Shown piece after piece: positions 1-23,840 of a stretch of 49,425 nucleotides of DNA; position 1 is the first letter of the stretch, and each line of letters opens with the position of its first letter. Below the pieces are notes generated by a model. That model ran no database searches. It was not told where the DNA came from and worked only from the letters and a program-made list of their open reading frames with translations. Source of the DNA: Salpingoeca rosetta. Its lineage: Eukaryota > Protista > Choanoflagellata. The stretch is from contig JAWQFM010000019.1 in the NCBI GenBank assembly GCA_033442325.1, forward strand, positions 144,952 through 194,376, read 5' to 3'. A program made the translations under genes and the position numbers.

Positions 1-31
1 AACCCTTTTACCCCATTCTTCTGCCTTGCAG

Positions 32-84
32 GTGCGGCCATCTGTGTAGTTGTTGCTGTCATCTTGTGCGTTGCGGCATCGTGA
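32..84 (+). CDS. Possible terminal exon of an upstream gene, ending in a hydrophobic C-terminus (GAAICVVVAVILCVAAS*)
   Basis: Pyrimidine tract plus TTGCAG acceptor at 26-31. The phase-1 reading gives a tail-anchor-like hydrophobic segment ending at TGA 82-84. The rest of the gene would be outside the window. Confidence 0.3.
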
Positions 85-477
85 TGTGAGGTGACTGCGT
101 CCCTGAACACTCACGCCCGAGTGTTGCTGCGTACATTGTGCAGGCTTTACCAGCTTTGAAGGCGATTTCCAGGACTAAGGCGAGTGAGAGGGAGAGAGAG
201 AGAGAGAGGCAGGCCGACAGGAGCGTGTGTATTGTGTGCATGAGTGTGTGTGCTTGTACATGTGTTTTCGTGTGTTGTGTGTGTGTGCGTGTGTGTGTGT
301 GTGCGCGTGTGTGTGTTCATGTGTGTGTGCGTGTGTGTGTGCGTGTGCACGAGTGTCTTGGCTTCTGGCCGCCTGTGCGTTTAATGTTGCATCGAATCAA
401 TACAACGAGGAGCGTAAAATTTATTTTTTGGCCTCTTCTCCAAACAACAACAAGAAGAAGAAGAAGCGTGATTGACG

Positions 478-3213
<2,736 letters not shown>

Positions 3214-3437
3214 GCGTTGCTGGACTGGAGGAAAATAGGATTGGTGTTGTTGTTGTTGCTGGTGTTGTTGTTGCTGGTGGTGTTGTTGTTGTGCATCTGT
3301 TGCTTGATTTGCTTGGTTGCTCGTTCGTGTGCTGCTGTGGGTTCTTGCTTGTTTGTGTGCTGCTGATGCCGAGATGTGTATGATAAACACGCATAATGGA
3401 CACACACAACCTGCAGTGTGCAGGCGTTCCGTTCGCG

Positions 3438-3512
<75 letters not shown>

Positions 3513-3849
3513 AACACATGTGCATGCCGTTTACTGGAATAGCAGAGAAACACACACGGGCGGGGGTTGTGTACATGCAACCACACATGCAACCACGAAC
3601 GCGCGCGCGCGTGTGTGTGCAGAGAACAAACAAGCAGAGTCAGAGAGGAGAGGGAGGGAAGGAAGGAAGAGTGCAACCTAGCAAGGAAGAAGAAGGTGAA
3701 AAGATGGACACACGCGTGTGCGTGCGTGGTTGCAGTGTTCCGGTTGCGTCTGCGTACAAGTGCACGCAAACTACAGCCATAACCACGTCACCATCCCCAT
3801 CGTCAACCATCCACAGTCACCCATCACCCATCGCCACCACCATGTTGGG

Positions 3850-5478
<1,629 letters not shown>

Positions 5479-6126
5479 TGTGTCTATCTATGGGTATGTG
5501 TACTGAGGTTGCTTGGTGGGGGGGGGGGTCCTCGCAGCGGCGGCAGCAGCAGAAGCAGCAGTGCTTGTGTTGGTGCAGCCAACAAGTTGCGTCTGCCAAG
5601 TCAAGGATGGTAACAACCCCGCTGTGGTTGTTGTTACTGTTGTTGTTGCTGTAGTTACTGGCACCAGTCCTGCTCTCAACAAATCCTGCTCTCAAGAGCG
5701 GCGGCCAAAGGGCTGTGTCGTTGCTGAAGATCACACGACGAACTCTGCCAAAAACTCAGCCAGTAGTCATACGCGCTGCGTGTGTTGGTTCAACGCCAAG
5801 TCGATGCGATGCGCCTGAATCACCAACCAGATCTCTTCTGTGTCACGTCAGTGTGTCTCGTCTTCACAGCGGTTCCTATCACTCTGTTGTGTGCGTGTGT
5901 GGGTGTGTGTTGTGTGTGGGGGCAAAGGCGAGCAGTGTCGTCGTGTGTCTTGTCTCTGTCGCTGTTTGACAAAAAATGTATGTTTCGCAGCGTGTTTCTT
6001 GCGCTTAGAGCGCACAAATCTATGGAAGCAGCGCTATCCACCACACCTCAAGCGTTCCTCACGACAGCATTGATTGCAAACCAAAACAAACGACCGCAAC
6101 AAAGCAAGCAACAAGAAGCACTGGAG

Positions 6127-7110
6127 ATGAGCGACCAGGCAGCACAGGACTTTGCGGCCGTGCGTGTGACGCATGCGGCGACGGGCGCGTCCATTGTGGT
6201 GCACCCGCACGGCGCAACGCTGCTGTCGTGGATGCCGGCGCCTGCGCCACCTTCGCTCGTGCCAAGCCCGAGCGGGAACGGGAAAGAGGTGCCCCTGGAC
6301 GACGGCGAGAAGGTCGTGGTTGGCGGCACGGGCGACGTGCTATTCGTGTCCAGCGACACAGTGCTGCGAGAGGACAAGGCCATCCGCGGCGGCGTCCCCA
6401 TCGCCTTCCCGCAATTTGCGGGCGAGGGAAGCCTGCCCAACCACGGCTTCGCCCGCACCTCGCGCTGGACCGTGGCAGAGAAGGGCGACGGCATGATCGT
6501 GCTCACGCTGGAGGACAACCCGCGCACCCGCGCCGTCTGGGGCCACGCCTTCAAGCTGGAGCTGCGCATCGAGTTTGACGACGCAAAGTGCCACTCCACC
6601 CTCACCGTCCACAACACAGGCGACGCCCCAATCGAGCCACAGGCCCTGCTGCACACCTACTACCGCGTGCAGAACATCAACGTCGTCTACGTGGAGGGCC
6701 TCACGGGCCTCACCTACGAGGACAAGGTGCAGGACTTCAAGTCCTTTGAACTCAAGGACAAGCACCTCACCATCAAGGGCGAGACAGACAAGATCTTCCG
6801 CAGCGCAGCACCACAGGGCAAGGCCACCTTCACCCTGGACGCCGGCAGCGGCATGTGGCGGCACATCAGCCTGTGGGCAGAAGCGGGCCCCGGGGACGGT
6901 AGTGGCGACGACGCCTCCGCCACCATGAAGCCCGTGCCCTGCGACGCTGTCGTCTGGAACCCTTGGGAGGACAAGGCCAAGGCCATGGGCGACTTTGGCG
7001 ACAACGAATTCAACAACATGATCTGCGTCGAGCCGGGCTGCGTGCGCAACAAGCCCACCATCCCGCCTGGCCACCGATTCGCCCTGCATCAGGAAATCTC
7101 CCTCGAGTGA
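6127..7110 (+). CDS. Glucose-6-phosphate 1-epimerase (D-hexose-6-phosphate mutarotase, aldose 1-epimerase family), single exon
   Basis: Motifs AIRGGVPIAFPQF, NHGFAR, LHTYY, VVWNPW and MICVEPG. Uninterrupted GC3-rich ORF from ATG 6127. Confidence 0.9.
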   Translation: MSDQAAQDFAAVRVTHAATGASIVVHPHGATLLSWMPAPAPPSLVPSPSGNGKEVPLDDGEKVVVGGTGDVLFVSSDTVLREDKAIRGGVPIAFPQFAGEGSLPNHGFARTSRWTVAEKGDGMIVLTLEDNPRTRAVWGHAFKLELRIEFDDAKCHSTLTVHNTGDAPIEPQALLHTYYRVQNINVVYVEGLTGLTYEDKVQDFKSFELKDKHLTIKGETDKIFRSAAPQGKATFTLDAGSGMWRHISLWAEAGPGDGSGDDASATMKPVPCDAVVWNPWEDKAKAMGDFGDNEFNNMICVEPGCVRNKPTIPPGHRFALHQEISLE

Positions 7111-7638
7111 TTTGACGTGGGTGCGTGTTTGGGTGTTTGGTGTTTTGGAGGGGGGGGGGGGGTGGGAATGGTGGTGGTGACGAGGATGTGGATGTGGATG
7201 TGGATGAGGAGGGGAGGGGAGGTGGGTGCGTGGCGGGGGACGCTCGGGGGGAAGGTTACTGTCCCTTTCGTGCATGTACCGGTGTGCTTTGTGCTGTGGG
7301 TCGTTGCATTCGACGACAGCAAGGCGTTACGCTTCCTTGCTTTGAGTGTGTGGACGGCATGGGGGTTTCTTCTTGTGCCCTTGTGCTGTTGTGTGGTTGT
7401 GCGCTTGTGCTCTGGTGCTTGTCTTGTTGCAACGCTGTTACATTTGGCAAGAACAACACACATACACACATACACACGGATGGCGGAGGTTATGTGAGAG
7501 AGGGCTGAAGTGAGTGATCTTTGAAGAAGAAGGTGACAAAAAGACGAAGAAAGAGCAACAGCAAAAATCACCCCGCCCACAGACGACCAGAAGCAAGCGG
7601 ATTGTGTTGTGCATGCACCGACGACACCGACCGAAGCC

Positions 7639-10791
<3,153 letters not shown>

Positions 10792-11127
10792 TGTGACGTG
10801 GCAACATGCACCCGTGCGTGGAGCGTGCATTTGCGTTCTCTTGCTTGCATGTGGGACTTGTTTTCTGACTGTCTTGCTCTTCTTCGTCTTTGCCTTGTCT
10901 CGAGTCCATGTTTGCATGCTTTCTTTCCTGCCTGCTGCTTGCTTGCTTGCTTTCTTCATTGTGCCATTGCCAATACAACATGTGGTCCTTACTCTTTGTC
11001 TTACACAACGCCATCATACGTTAGGTGCTCACTGGGATCATTTCACAAACAAGAGCGCGCGCGCGCGCACACACACACACACACACAAGAACATTCACAC
11101 GCACACACACACACACACAAGTACATG

Positions 11128-11842
11128 CTAGCTGAGCATGCCTCTGAGCCAGGAGAGCTTGCGTGGGTTGCCGCTGAACTGCTCCTCAGTGATGGTGTTG
11201 GTGCCCGTGAGCTTGCGTTCAAAGGCGAGCAGCTGCTGCCGGTTGTCCTTCATGGGCCACACGCCCGGACGCTGCTTCTTCACGTGCGCAAACGCCTCCC
11301 GCAGCGTCATGTTCTCCAGCATCATCAGCAATGCCACGCACACGGTGACGCTGCGGTTACACCCAGCGGCGCAGTGCACCAGCACTTTTGCCTGCGACCT
11401 TCTTGCGCCGCTTGGTTGGCGTACGTCGCCAGCATCAGCAACGCCACCAGTGTTGTCGCTTCCATCACCATTGTTGCCGCTTGCCTCACCATCATCTGCA
11501 GTGTCATCATCACCTTTGTCATCATCGGCGTCTTCCCCTGCTTCCTCTCCTTTGCCATCGCCTTCGGTCGTGGCTGTGCTGGCTGCGCGTGCTTCCTCGA
11601 CGAATGCCTTGGCCTGTGCAAAGATGCGAGAGATGCCCTCGTCCTGGCCAAAGTCGGCGACGGGAAGGTGGCAGTAGGTGAAGTGCTGTGTGTGGTAGTT
11701 TGGGACGTCGTTCGCCACATTCAGGATGTGTGTGAAGCCGTGCATCTGCAGGTACTCCAGGTCGCTTGCCTCTCGTGCGCTGCCCACATACAAGTACGGC
11801 CTCAGCTCCGACGCGCGCTGCCTCTGCCTCGCCAACAGTTCC

Positions 11843-11902
<60 letters not shown>

Positions 11903-11985
11903 TACGTAAGGTGAGTGAGTGAGGGTGTATCAACCACATACACACCTCATACACACACAACACACATCTGTACCTGAAATGACAT
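11128..11985 (-). CDS. Atypical dual-specificity protein phosphatase, 2 exons (11974-11985, 11128-11841)
   Basis: LYVGSAREASDLEYLQMHGFTHILNVA; general-acid loop LPVAD; active site VLVHCAAGCNRSVTVCVALLM; AFAHVKKQRP. Confidence 0.9.
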
Positions 11986-12174
11986 GATAGCTGCTGCTGA
12001 CTGCTGACTGCTCACTGCTGACTGCTCCTGGTGCGATCGATGTCAAGACGAAGAATGGACAAGCGACACCCCACACCCCAACCCCCCACACGATTGATTC
12101 AGTGCATCTTGGTTGCTGATGACTGTGCTGCGTTGCGCCAAAAATAAAACACCACCACCACCACCGCCACCACA

Positions 12175-13669
12175 ATGAACAACACCAACAACAACAACGA
12201 TGACAGTGACGGGGAGGTGGTCGTGCTGGATGAGGGTGGCAAGCAGGAGGAGGGTGGCAAGCAGGAGGAAGGACAGCCACAACAACGACTGCACCCACAA
12301 GCACGGGCACAGGCCAAGCGGCAACGGCAACAACAACAACAACAACGCCGCCCACCGCCGCCGCCACTGAAGCCGAGGCGTGCCGCGCGAAGAGCAAGCG
12401 CAGCATCGTCGTCAACAATCCCAGCAACCAGCAGCAGCAGCCGCAACAGCAGTCGCAAGAGCAGCATCGCCAGTGTCATCAGCGATGGCCGCCCCATCAC
12501 GCGGCACCACAGCAACCCGTTCTTCCGCGACATGCAGCCGAGCAGTGGGGAGGATGACGTGACACCTGAACGAAAGATGAGCGTGGACCGGACCAGCGAG
12601 GGCGAGGACTACGGTGACGGGGTGCAAGGCAGGACAATGGACACAGCATCGGACGTCGTGTCAGGACGAAGCAGAAGGGCAACAACAAAGTTGGCACCAA
12701 AGACGGGGGCGAGCAGTAAGAGGCAAAGGAAGCCCAACCCGTTTGCCCCGTCAATCGCAGAGACCCCAACAACGACATCGACGACACCACCACCATCAAC
12801 ACCAACAACAACGATGGAGACGAGGAAAACAGCGACAACGAAGACGAGGGCAACAGCAGCACCCACGCCGTCGCCGTCAAGATCGCAGACACAGACACCT
12901 TCCAACAGGTCTGGGGTGGCATCAACAACGCCAGAGACGCAGACGCCAAGCATCCATCCACTGCACGTGACACTGTGCAGCCTGACGTTTGCCTCCCTCG
13001 CCTTTAACAGCTTCCGCAACACTGCAGACGGTGCGTGTGCGTATGTGTGTGCGTGTGCGTATGTGTGTCTGTGTGTGTCTGTGTCTGTGTCTGTGCGCGT
13101 GTGCGTATGTGTGTGTTTGTGTGTGTCTGTGCGTGCTGTGTGCGTGCTGTGTGCGCTGTGTGCGCGCGTGCGCGTGTATGTGTGTGTGTGTGTTTGTGCA
13201 CTGACAAACGCTTTCTTCTCCTCCTCACCCGCTCTTCCTTGCAGAAGCCCGTGATCGTGGCGTGAGGCATGGGCTGCTCTTGGGCCGGTTCACAAGGGAG
13301 ACGGTGACCAGTAAGGACGATGACCGGGAGCACGTGTCGGAGGAAAGGCGCGCCTGTGTCGTAACCGGTGCGCGGCCGCTTCCACTGTCCATCCTCGACA
13401 TCATGCAGTCGCGCGGTGATGCCCTGACCCACGCCATCTCGGTGCGTTGGTGGCGAGGACGTGACGTGTTGGCACTCATCCTGCATGTATTTGATGTGAA
13501 GTCGAAGATGCTGTCTCTGTGCGAGGAAGCGTTTGACGTTGGGCACTTGGTTGTAGCTGTCACCATCTCNNNNNNNNNNNNNNNNNNNNNNNNNNNNNNN
13601 NNNNNNNNNNNNNNNNNNNNNNNNNNNNNNNNNNNNNNNNNNNNNNNNNNNNNNNNNNNNNNNNNNNNN

Positions 13670-13761
<92 letters not shown>

Positions 13762-13970
13762 GTGTGTGTGTGTGTGTGTGCGTGCTTGCAGGGCGACCGT
13801 GACCAGGTGGTTGGCTGGTTCTCCACACGTACATGTGATGGCATCACACCAACGCTTCACGACAAGTGGCTGCACCGCCTCGTCTCCACCACATTCAACC
13901 CAGGTGTGTGTGTATGTATGTGATGTGTGATGTGTGATGTGTGTGTGTCTGTGTGTCTGTGTGTCTGTGT

Positions 13971-14010
<40 letters not shown>

Positions 14011-15141
14011 TGGATGGAACGATAGAGTGAGTGCGCCAACACGCTATGTTTGCTGTGGTTCAACACGCCATGTTCATTGCGGCCCACCTCACTCGACCGC
14101 CTGCCCTGCTCCCCGCATCAGAGACCTGCGTTGGCTGTGTGCTGCGCATGGCACCGGACAGAACCACGACCGCCAAGACCACGTGCAGCTTCTATCGTCA
14201 CATCAAGTGAGAGCCACTGCTGTTAGCAGGTTTTGATGTGTGTGTGCGTGTGTGTGTGTGTGTGTGCGTGTGTGTGTGTGTGTGTGTAAGAATCACGATC
14301 ACGCTTGGGGATGAAACCAGTGGCGTAGGTGTATCGTTCACATGCACATGTCATCATTACAATGTCCAGTGGGACATTCAGTCGCGTCACCCACGAACTG
14401 CGCGTGCGCCACGTCCAGCCATACCCACCAACCACGTGCGTCGATATCCACTTGCGCGTGCTTGGACTTGCAACTGTGTTTGTACTTGTGTATGCATGTG
14501 TGCATGTGCGTGTGTGTGTGTGTGTGTTTGTACTTGCGTGCTTGAAGCTTCACACACACACACACGTCCCGCGCCATGCCTCTTACTCGCTCTTCCTGCC
14601 CGGACACTGCAGGTCATCACTGGGACGTGGGTCTGGCACACTGGACTTCTTGCAGCCGTCGCTCCAGTGAGTCGCAACCCAGCGCTGACAGCACTGACAG
14701 CGCTGATCGCGAATGGATCTTTGTTTTGTCGACGCCTTCTCATACACGCACGCACGCACACACACACGCACGCACGCACGCACGCACACACGCATGGACA
14801 CGCCAAACACATCACATTACATGACATGACATCACATTACCTCGCATCACACGCCACAGGCGCTGGTCGCTGGATGCAGATGTGGCGGCGATGGAGGCCG
14901 CGGTTACAGAGGCCATTCAGAAGCTGCTACAGCTGGAGGAAAAGGTCGGTGTTGTGTTGTGGGTGGGGTGTTTCACACGCAAATGTAACCATACACGCAC
15001 ATGTGCACACATATGCACACACACACACACATGTACATTCATATGCAGTGCTCACTCACAATGATGTTTGTATCGCAGTTGGCTGCGACTGCGATTGCTG
15101 CTGCTGTTGCTGCATCACACAACACCCCAGACCTCATGTGA
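12175..15141 (+). CDS. Abraxas/ABRO1 (FAM175)-like MPN- domain plus coiled-coil protein with a long disordered N-terminus
   Basis: Spliced sequence: VTLCSLTFASLAF...HGLLLGRF...THAIS|GDRDQVVGWFSTRTCDGITPTLHDKWLHRLV (cf. Abraxas VVGWYKFRR...MTFRERLLH)|ETCVGCVLR...CSFYRHIN|GTFSRVTHEL (cf. GLFHRVPL)|...|DVAAMEAAVTEAIQKLLQLEEK|LAATA...DLM*. An N-gap lies at 13570-13669 in an intron. Confidence 0.65.
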
Positions 15142-15233
15142 AGACCCAACATGCTCGTGTCCCTCTGTCTCTCACACAATAAACGACTGGTCGATGTGAC
15201 GTGGGTCGAAGAGGAGAGACATTTCGAATTTGG

Positions 15234-15242
15234 TTGGCAACA
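15234..15242 (-). promoter_or_regulatory. RFX X-box-like half site TGTTGCCAA about 70 bp upstream of the EFHB-like start
   Basis: The + strand reads GGTTGGCAACA in the 169-bp intergenic gap. EFHB is a ciliary gene family. Confidence 0.45.
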
Positions 15243-15310
15243 AACAAACAAACGCACAACGCCCCAAAGCACCTTCACCACCAAGCAATACAGCAGCAGC
15301 AGCAGCCATC

Positions 15311-17280
15311 ATGTCGAACAGTGGTCGCTTCAAGGACATGAACCCTGGCATGCGCCCGGTGAGTGAGAAGGCACACAGCTTGCGCTGGGAGTGATCATGC
15401 AGCATGTGTGGGAAGTAAAGAAGGAGGCGGGGGGGGGGGGGGGACCTGTTGCCTCGCTGCAATGATTGTAATCGGGTGGTGATGTGGTGTGTGTGTGTGT
15501 GTGTGTCAATGTGACCGTTACTGAAGGACGCCATGACATCACTGTTCCATCATGTGTGTGCACGCTGCAGGCGGGGAAGTCCATGCCCGTGGACAAGGAC
15601 GGCGTCAAGGCCTCGCTCGTGATCGCTGATGATGTATGTTGAACGTGTGGTCTGTGAGGTGTCTCGACTCACGCTCGCTCACTTGCTTGATTGTTGGTGG
15701 TCGGGCTCACAACAGAACGCGTCGCAGCACCGCCCACGCTCACACTTGTCACTCTCTCGCATATGATCGGCCTTGACTCCCTTTGTAAAAAGGGCCGCGA
15801 TGATCACGTGGGCAAGCGTGTGGCACAGAAGTTCGACCCCAAGGTCGACAGCAACAAGGCCTTTGGCAAAGCCTCCGGCCTCGGCCAGGGCCCATCTGTA
15901 CGTCAAGAACGTTCAAGATGGTGGCAACCACACCATATCACAGCGGCAGATCTTTTGCTCTCCGTCGTCTGTGTGTGTGTGTGAGAGAGAGAGTGTGTGT
16001 GTGTGTGTGAGTGAGAGAGAGAGAGAGAGTGTGTGTGTGTGTGTGCGTGAGTGCCGACACACACACACACACTCACTCACTCACACACACACACACACAC
16101 TCACTCACTCACTCACTCACTCACTCACTCACTCACTCACTCACTCACTCACTCACTCACTCACTCACTCACTCACGCGCACTCACTCACTCACTCACAC
16201 TCGCACATTCCTATGATGGCGATGGCAGGCTGTGCAGAGTCTGAGACCGCGCGATCGCACTGCGTTCCAAGACGTTGTGGAGTCTCGCACAGGTAAGGCC
16301 AACGGTATTACAGTTGTGTGTGTGTGTGTGCCTGCTCCAATGTTCGCCGTCAGCACACAATGCATTCATTCTTCTCACCCACACAACACACAAGACACAC
16401 ACACATATCATGTTCTCCTTTCTGTCTCATGGCCTGCGTGCACAACGCTGTGTCTGCCCTCTCCTCTGTTTGTGTATGGACTGATACAGCACCAAAGAGG
16501 CCACAGGGCACAGCAGTCGACCCCAACAACGTCTTTGGCATTGCAAACAAGAAAGGTGCACAGAACTGATACGTTGCCATCGTACGGATCATTGCAGGGT
16601 GGTCGCTGAGCTGTCATGATCAGAAGTGCTGGCCAGAAGTACTGGTTCATCTCACTTGATCCCGCTTCGCGCATGTTTGCCTCCCTCTCTCACACGATCA
16701 CATACATGCACACATGCCATGTGTTGCACGCTTCCTGTGTGTGTTTGTGTGTATGTGTGTGTGTGCGTGCGTTATCGTGCTCTGCTGCAGACGGGAGTGT
16801 TCAGGACTGCATGACGGCGCCAGATGACGCCGACCCGCCGCTCTCCTCCTCCCTCCGCATCCCGCGCAACTACGGGCCCGGTGCGCACCGTTTGTGTGTG
16901 TCTGTGTGTCTGTGTGTGCGTCTGTGTGTGTGTGTGTGTCTGTGTGTGTGTGTGTCTGTCTGGCTGTCTGTCTGTGTGTGCGTCTGTGTGTGTGTCTCTG
17001 TGTCTGTCTGTCTGTCTGTGTGCAGGTAAGCGTGTGTACGTGTCGCTCTACAAGCTCTTGAAGGTCTTCCCACCTCAGTCTCAACCCCGTCCCACAATTC
17101 ACATCAATTCTTTTTCCCTGCCACGCTCACCGCTGTGCAGGCCAGCAAACCATGCGTGACTATGGCGGGCAGTTCAGTTCGGACCAGCAGTTTGGAAAGC
17201 CGACACCCAACGACCCGTCGGGCTCCCTTGTCAAGGGCGTCTTCTCCTGGAACGGCAACGACGTAAGCACAAGGAGGACT

Positions 17281-17371
<91 letters not shown>

Positions 17372-17392
17372 TGTGTATGTCCGTGCGTGCGC

Positions 17393-17441
<49 letters not shown>

Positions 17442-18513
17442 AATGGTGTGTTGGTCATGTCACCCCCACCCCCTTCTCACACTTGACACATTTCACATAC
17501 TTCACACACATCGTCGCCCGCGCCACTGTAGAAGCCGAAGGCGACCATCGTGCCGGCGCAGGCAGAGAAGCAACGCCGCGGTGCAGGTGAGCACGCGCTG
17601 TTCATGCTGCCATCACGGGAACGCACACATGTGCACACAAACATGCACACACACACATGCATCATTGTATTCACACATGCATCATGACACGCACACATGC
17701 ATACGCACACACGCACACTCACACGACCTCAACTACACCCCGCCCCTTAACCCCGAACAAATGACCTTTCCATCAGGGCGTGTCGACCCGTCGACGACGG
17801 CACCACTCGGATATGCGCCACCGGCAGATCCCAACAGCGCGTCCTCGCTGCTCAACTACGACCGCCAGGCGCAGACCCGCGTGGCGCGCATGGCCGACCT
17901 GGCACGCAAGGCGCGGCCCGAGACGATGAAGAGGGGCGCAGACCGCATGCTGTGCGTTGACACTGGCAACCTGCCTTCTGAATGTGCCTGTGCGTGTGTG
18001 TGCATGTGTGTGCATGTGTGTGTTGGTGAATTGCTCTGTCCTGGCGAGGTGATATGTGTGTGTGTGTGTCTCTCTCTCTCTCGACCCTCACACACACACA
18101 CGCACACACACACGCACACACGCACACACACACACTCACACACACTCACACACTCACGCACACACACATACACACACAGGGACCTGCAGCGCGCGTTTGA
18201 AGAGGCGGATGCAGACGGATCCGGGAAACTCAACAAGGACGAGCTTGCAAACGTACGCAGCAAATTGTGATGCTGCAGTGTTGGTGATGATGGCGGTGGT
18301 GGTGGCGGCGGCGTGGCTGTTGATGTGAATGATATGCTCGCCTGGTTTGTTTGTTGTGTGAGCGAGTGTTAGGAATAGACATTCATCACCAACACGCGTT
18401 CTTGCATTCGTACACGCCTCACACACATCCCCTGATCCCACATACTATTGGCGTCACCGCTGCAGGCGAGTGTTCTCGACTTTCAGCGCGCCCTCTCCAA
18501 CCTCTCGTCCTGA
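15311..18513 (+). CDS. EFHB: EFHB/CFAP21-like EF-hand protein (ciliary microtubule-associated family), about 11 small exons
   Basis: Recurrent (A/V/Q)FG motifs: FDPKVDSNKAFGKAS, DPNNVFGIANKK, GQQTMRDYGGQFSSDQQFGKPTPNDPSGSLVKGVFSW. EF-hand LQRAFEEADADGSGKLNKDEL at 18180-18252. Probable last exon 18466-18513 (ASVLDFQRALSNLSS*). The 3' end is uncertain. Confidence 0.6.
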
Positions 18514-18549
18514 TGCAACCCCATCCCAGCAGGCTGTGTCTGAGTGTGT

Positions 18550-18640
<91 letters not shown>

Positions 18641-19020
18641 CGTGTGGTGTGTGTGGGTGTGTGTGGGTGCGTGCGTGCGTGAACTTTCCTCTGTTTGCCC
18701 GTGTGGTGGGGACCCTTGCTCGATGCAATGCTTTGTTCGTTTCTTCCCTTTTGCTGCACCAGTACACAAGCCCAACGCGCGTCTCAGCGCTAATCGCTCA
18801 TATTGTTGATAGCCCAAGGAAAGGAGCAAACGCAAGGCACGGAGGGCATGGGAAGCTTAAGACGTGGAAAGGTAGGAAGATGACAAGCAAGGAGGATGAT
18901 GAAAAGGAGGAAGGGAGACACAACATGACGTAACGTGTGGGAAGCGGGAAGATGCATATATGGGGGGGGGGGGTGCAGAGCAGCATGATGTCACTGCTGC
19001 TGCTGCTGCTGCTGCTGCGT

Positions 19021-23840
<4,820 letters not shown>

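Noticed and set aside
1-10. AACCCT at the window start as a telomeric repeat
   Set aside because: A single hexamer within an intron-like pyrimidine tract, not an array.
5782-6126. N-terminal extension of the epimerase ORF given in the ORF track
   Set aside because: It starts at a non-ATG codon and has promoter/UTR-like composition. Homology and codon bias begin near ATG 6127. In-frame ATGs at 5809, 5980 and 6022 cannot be fully excluded.
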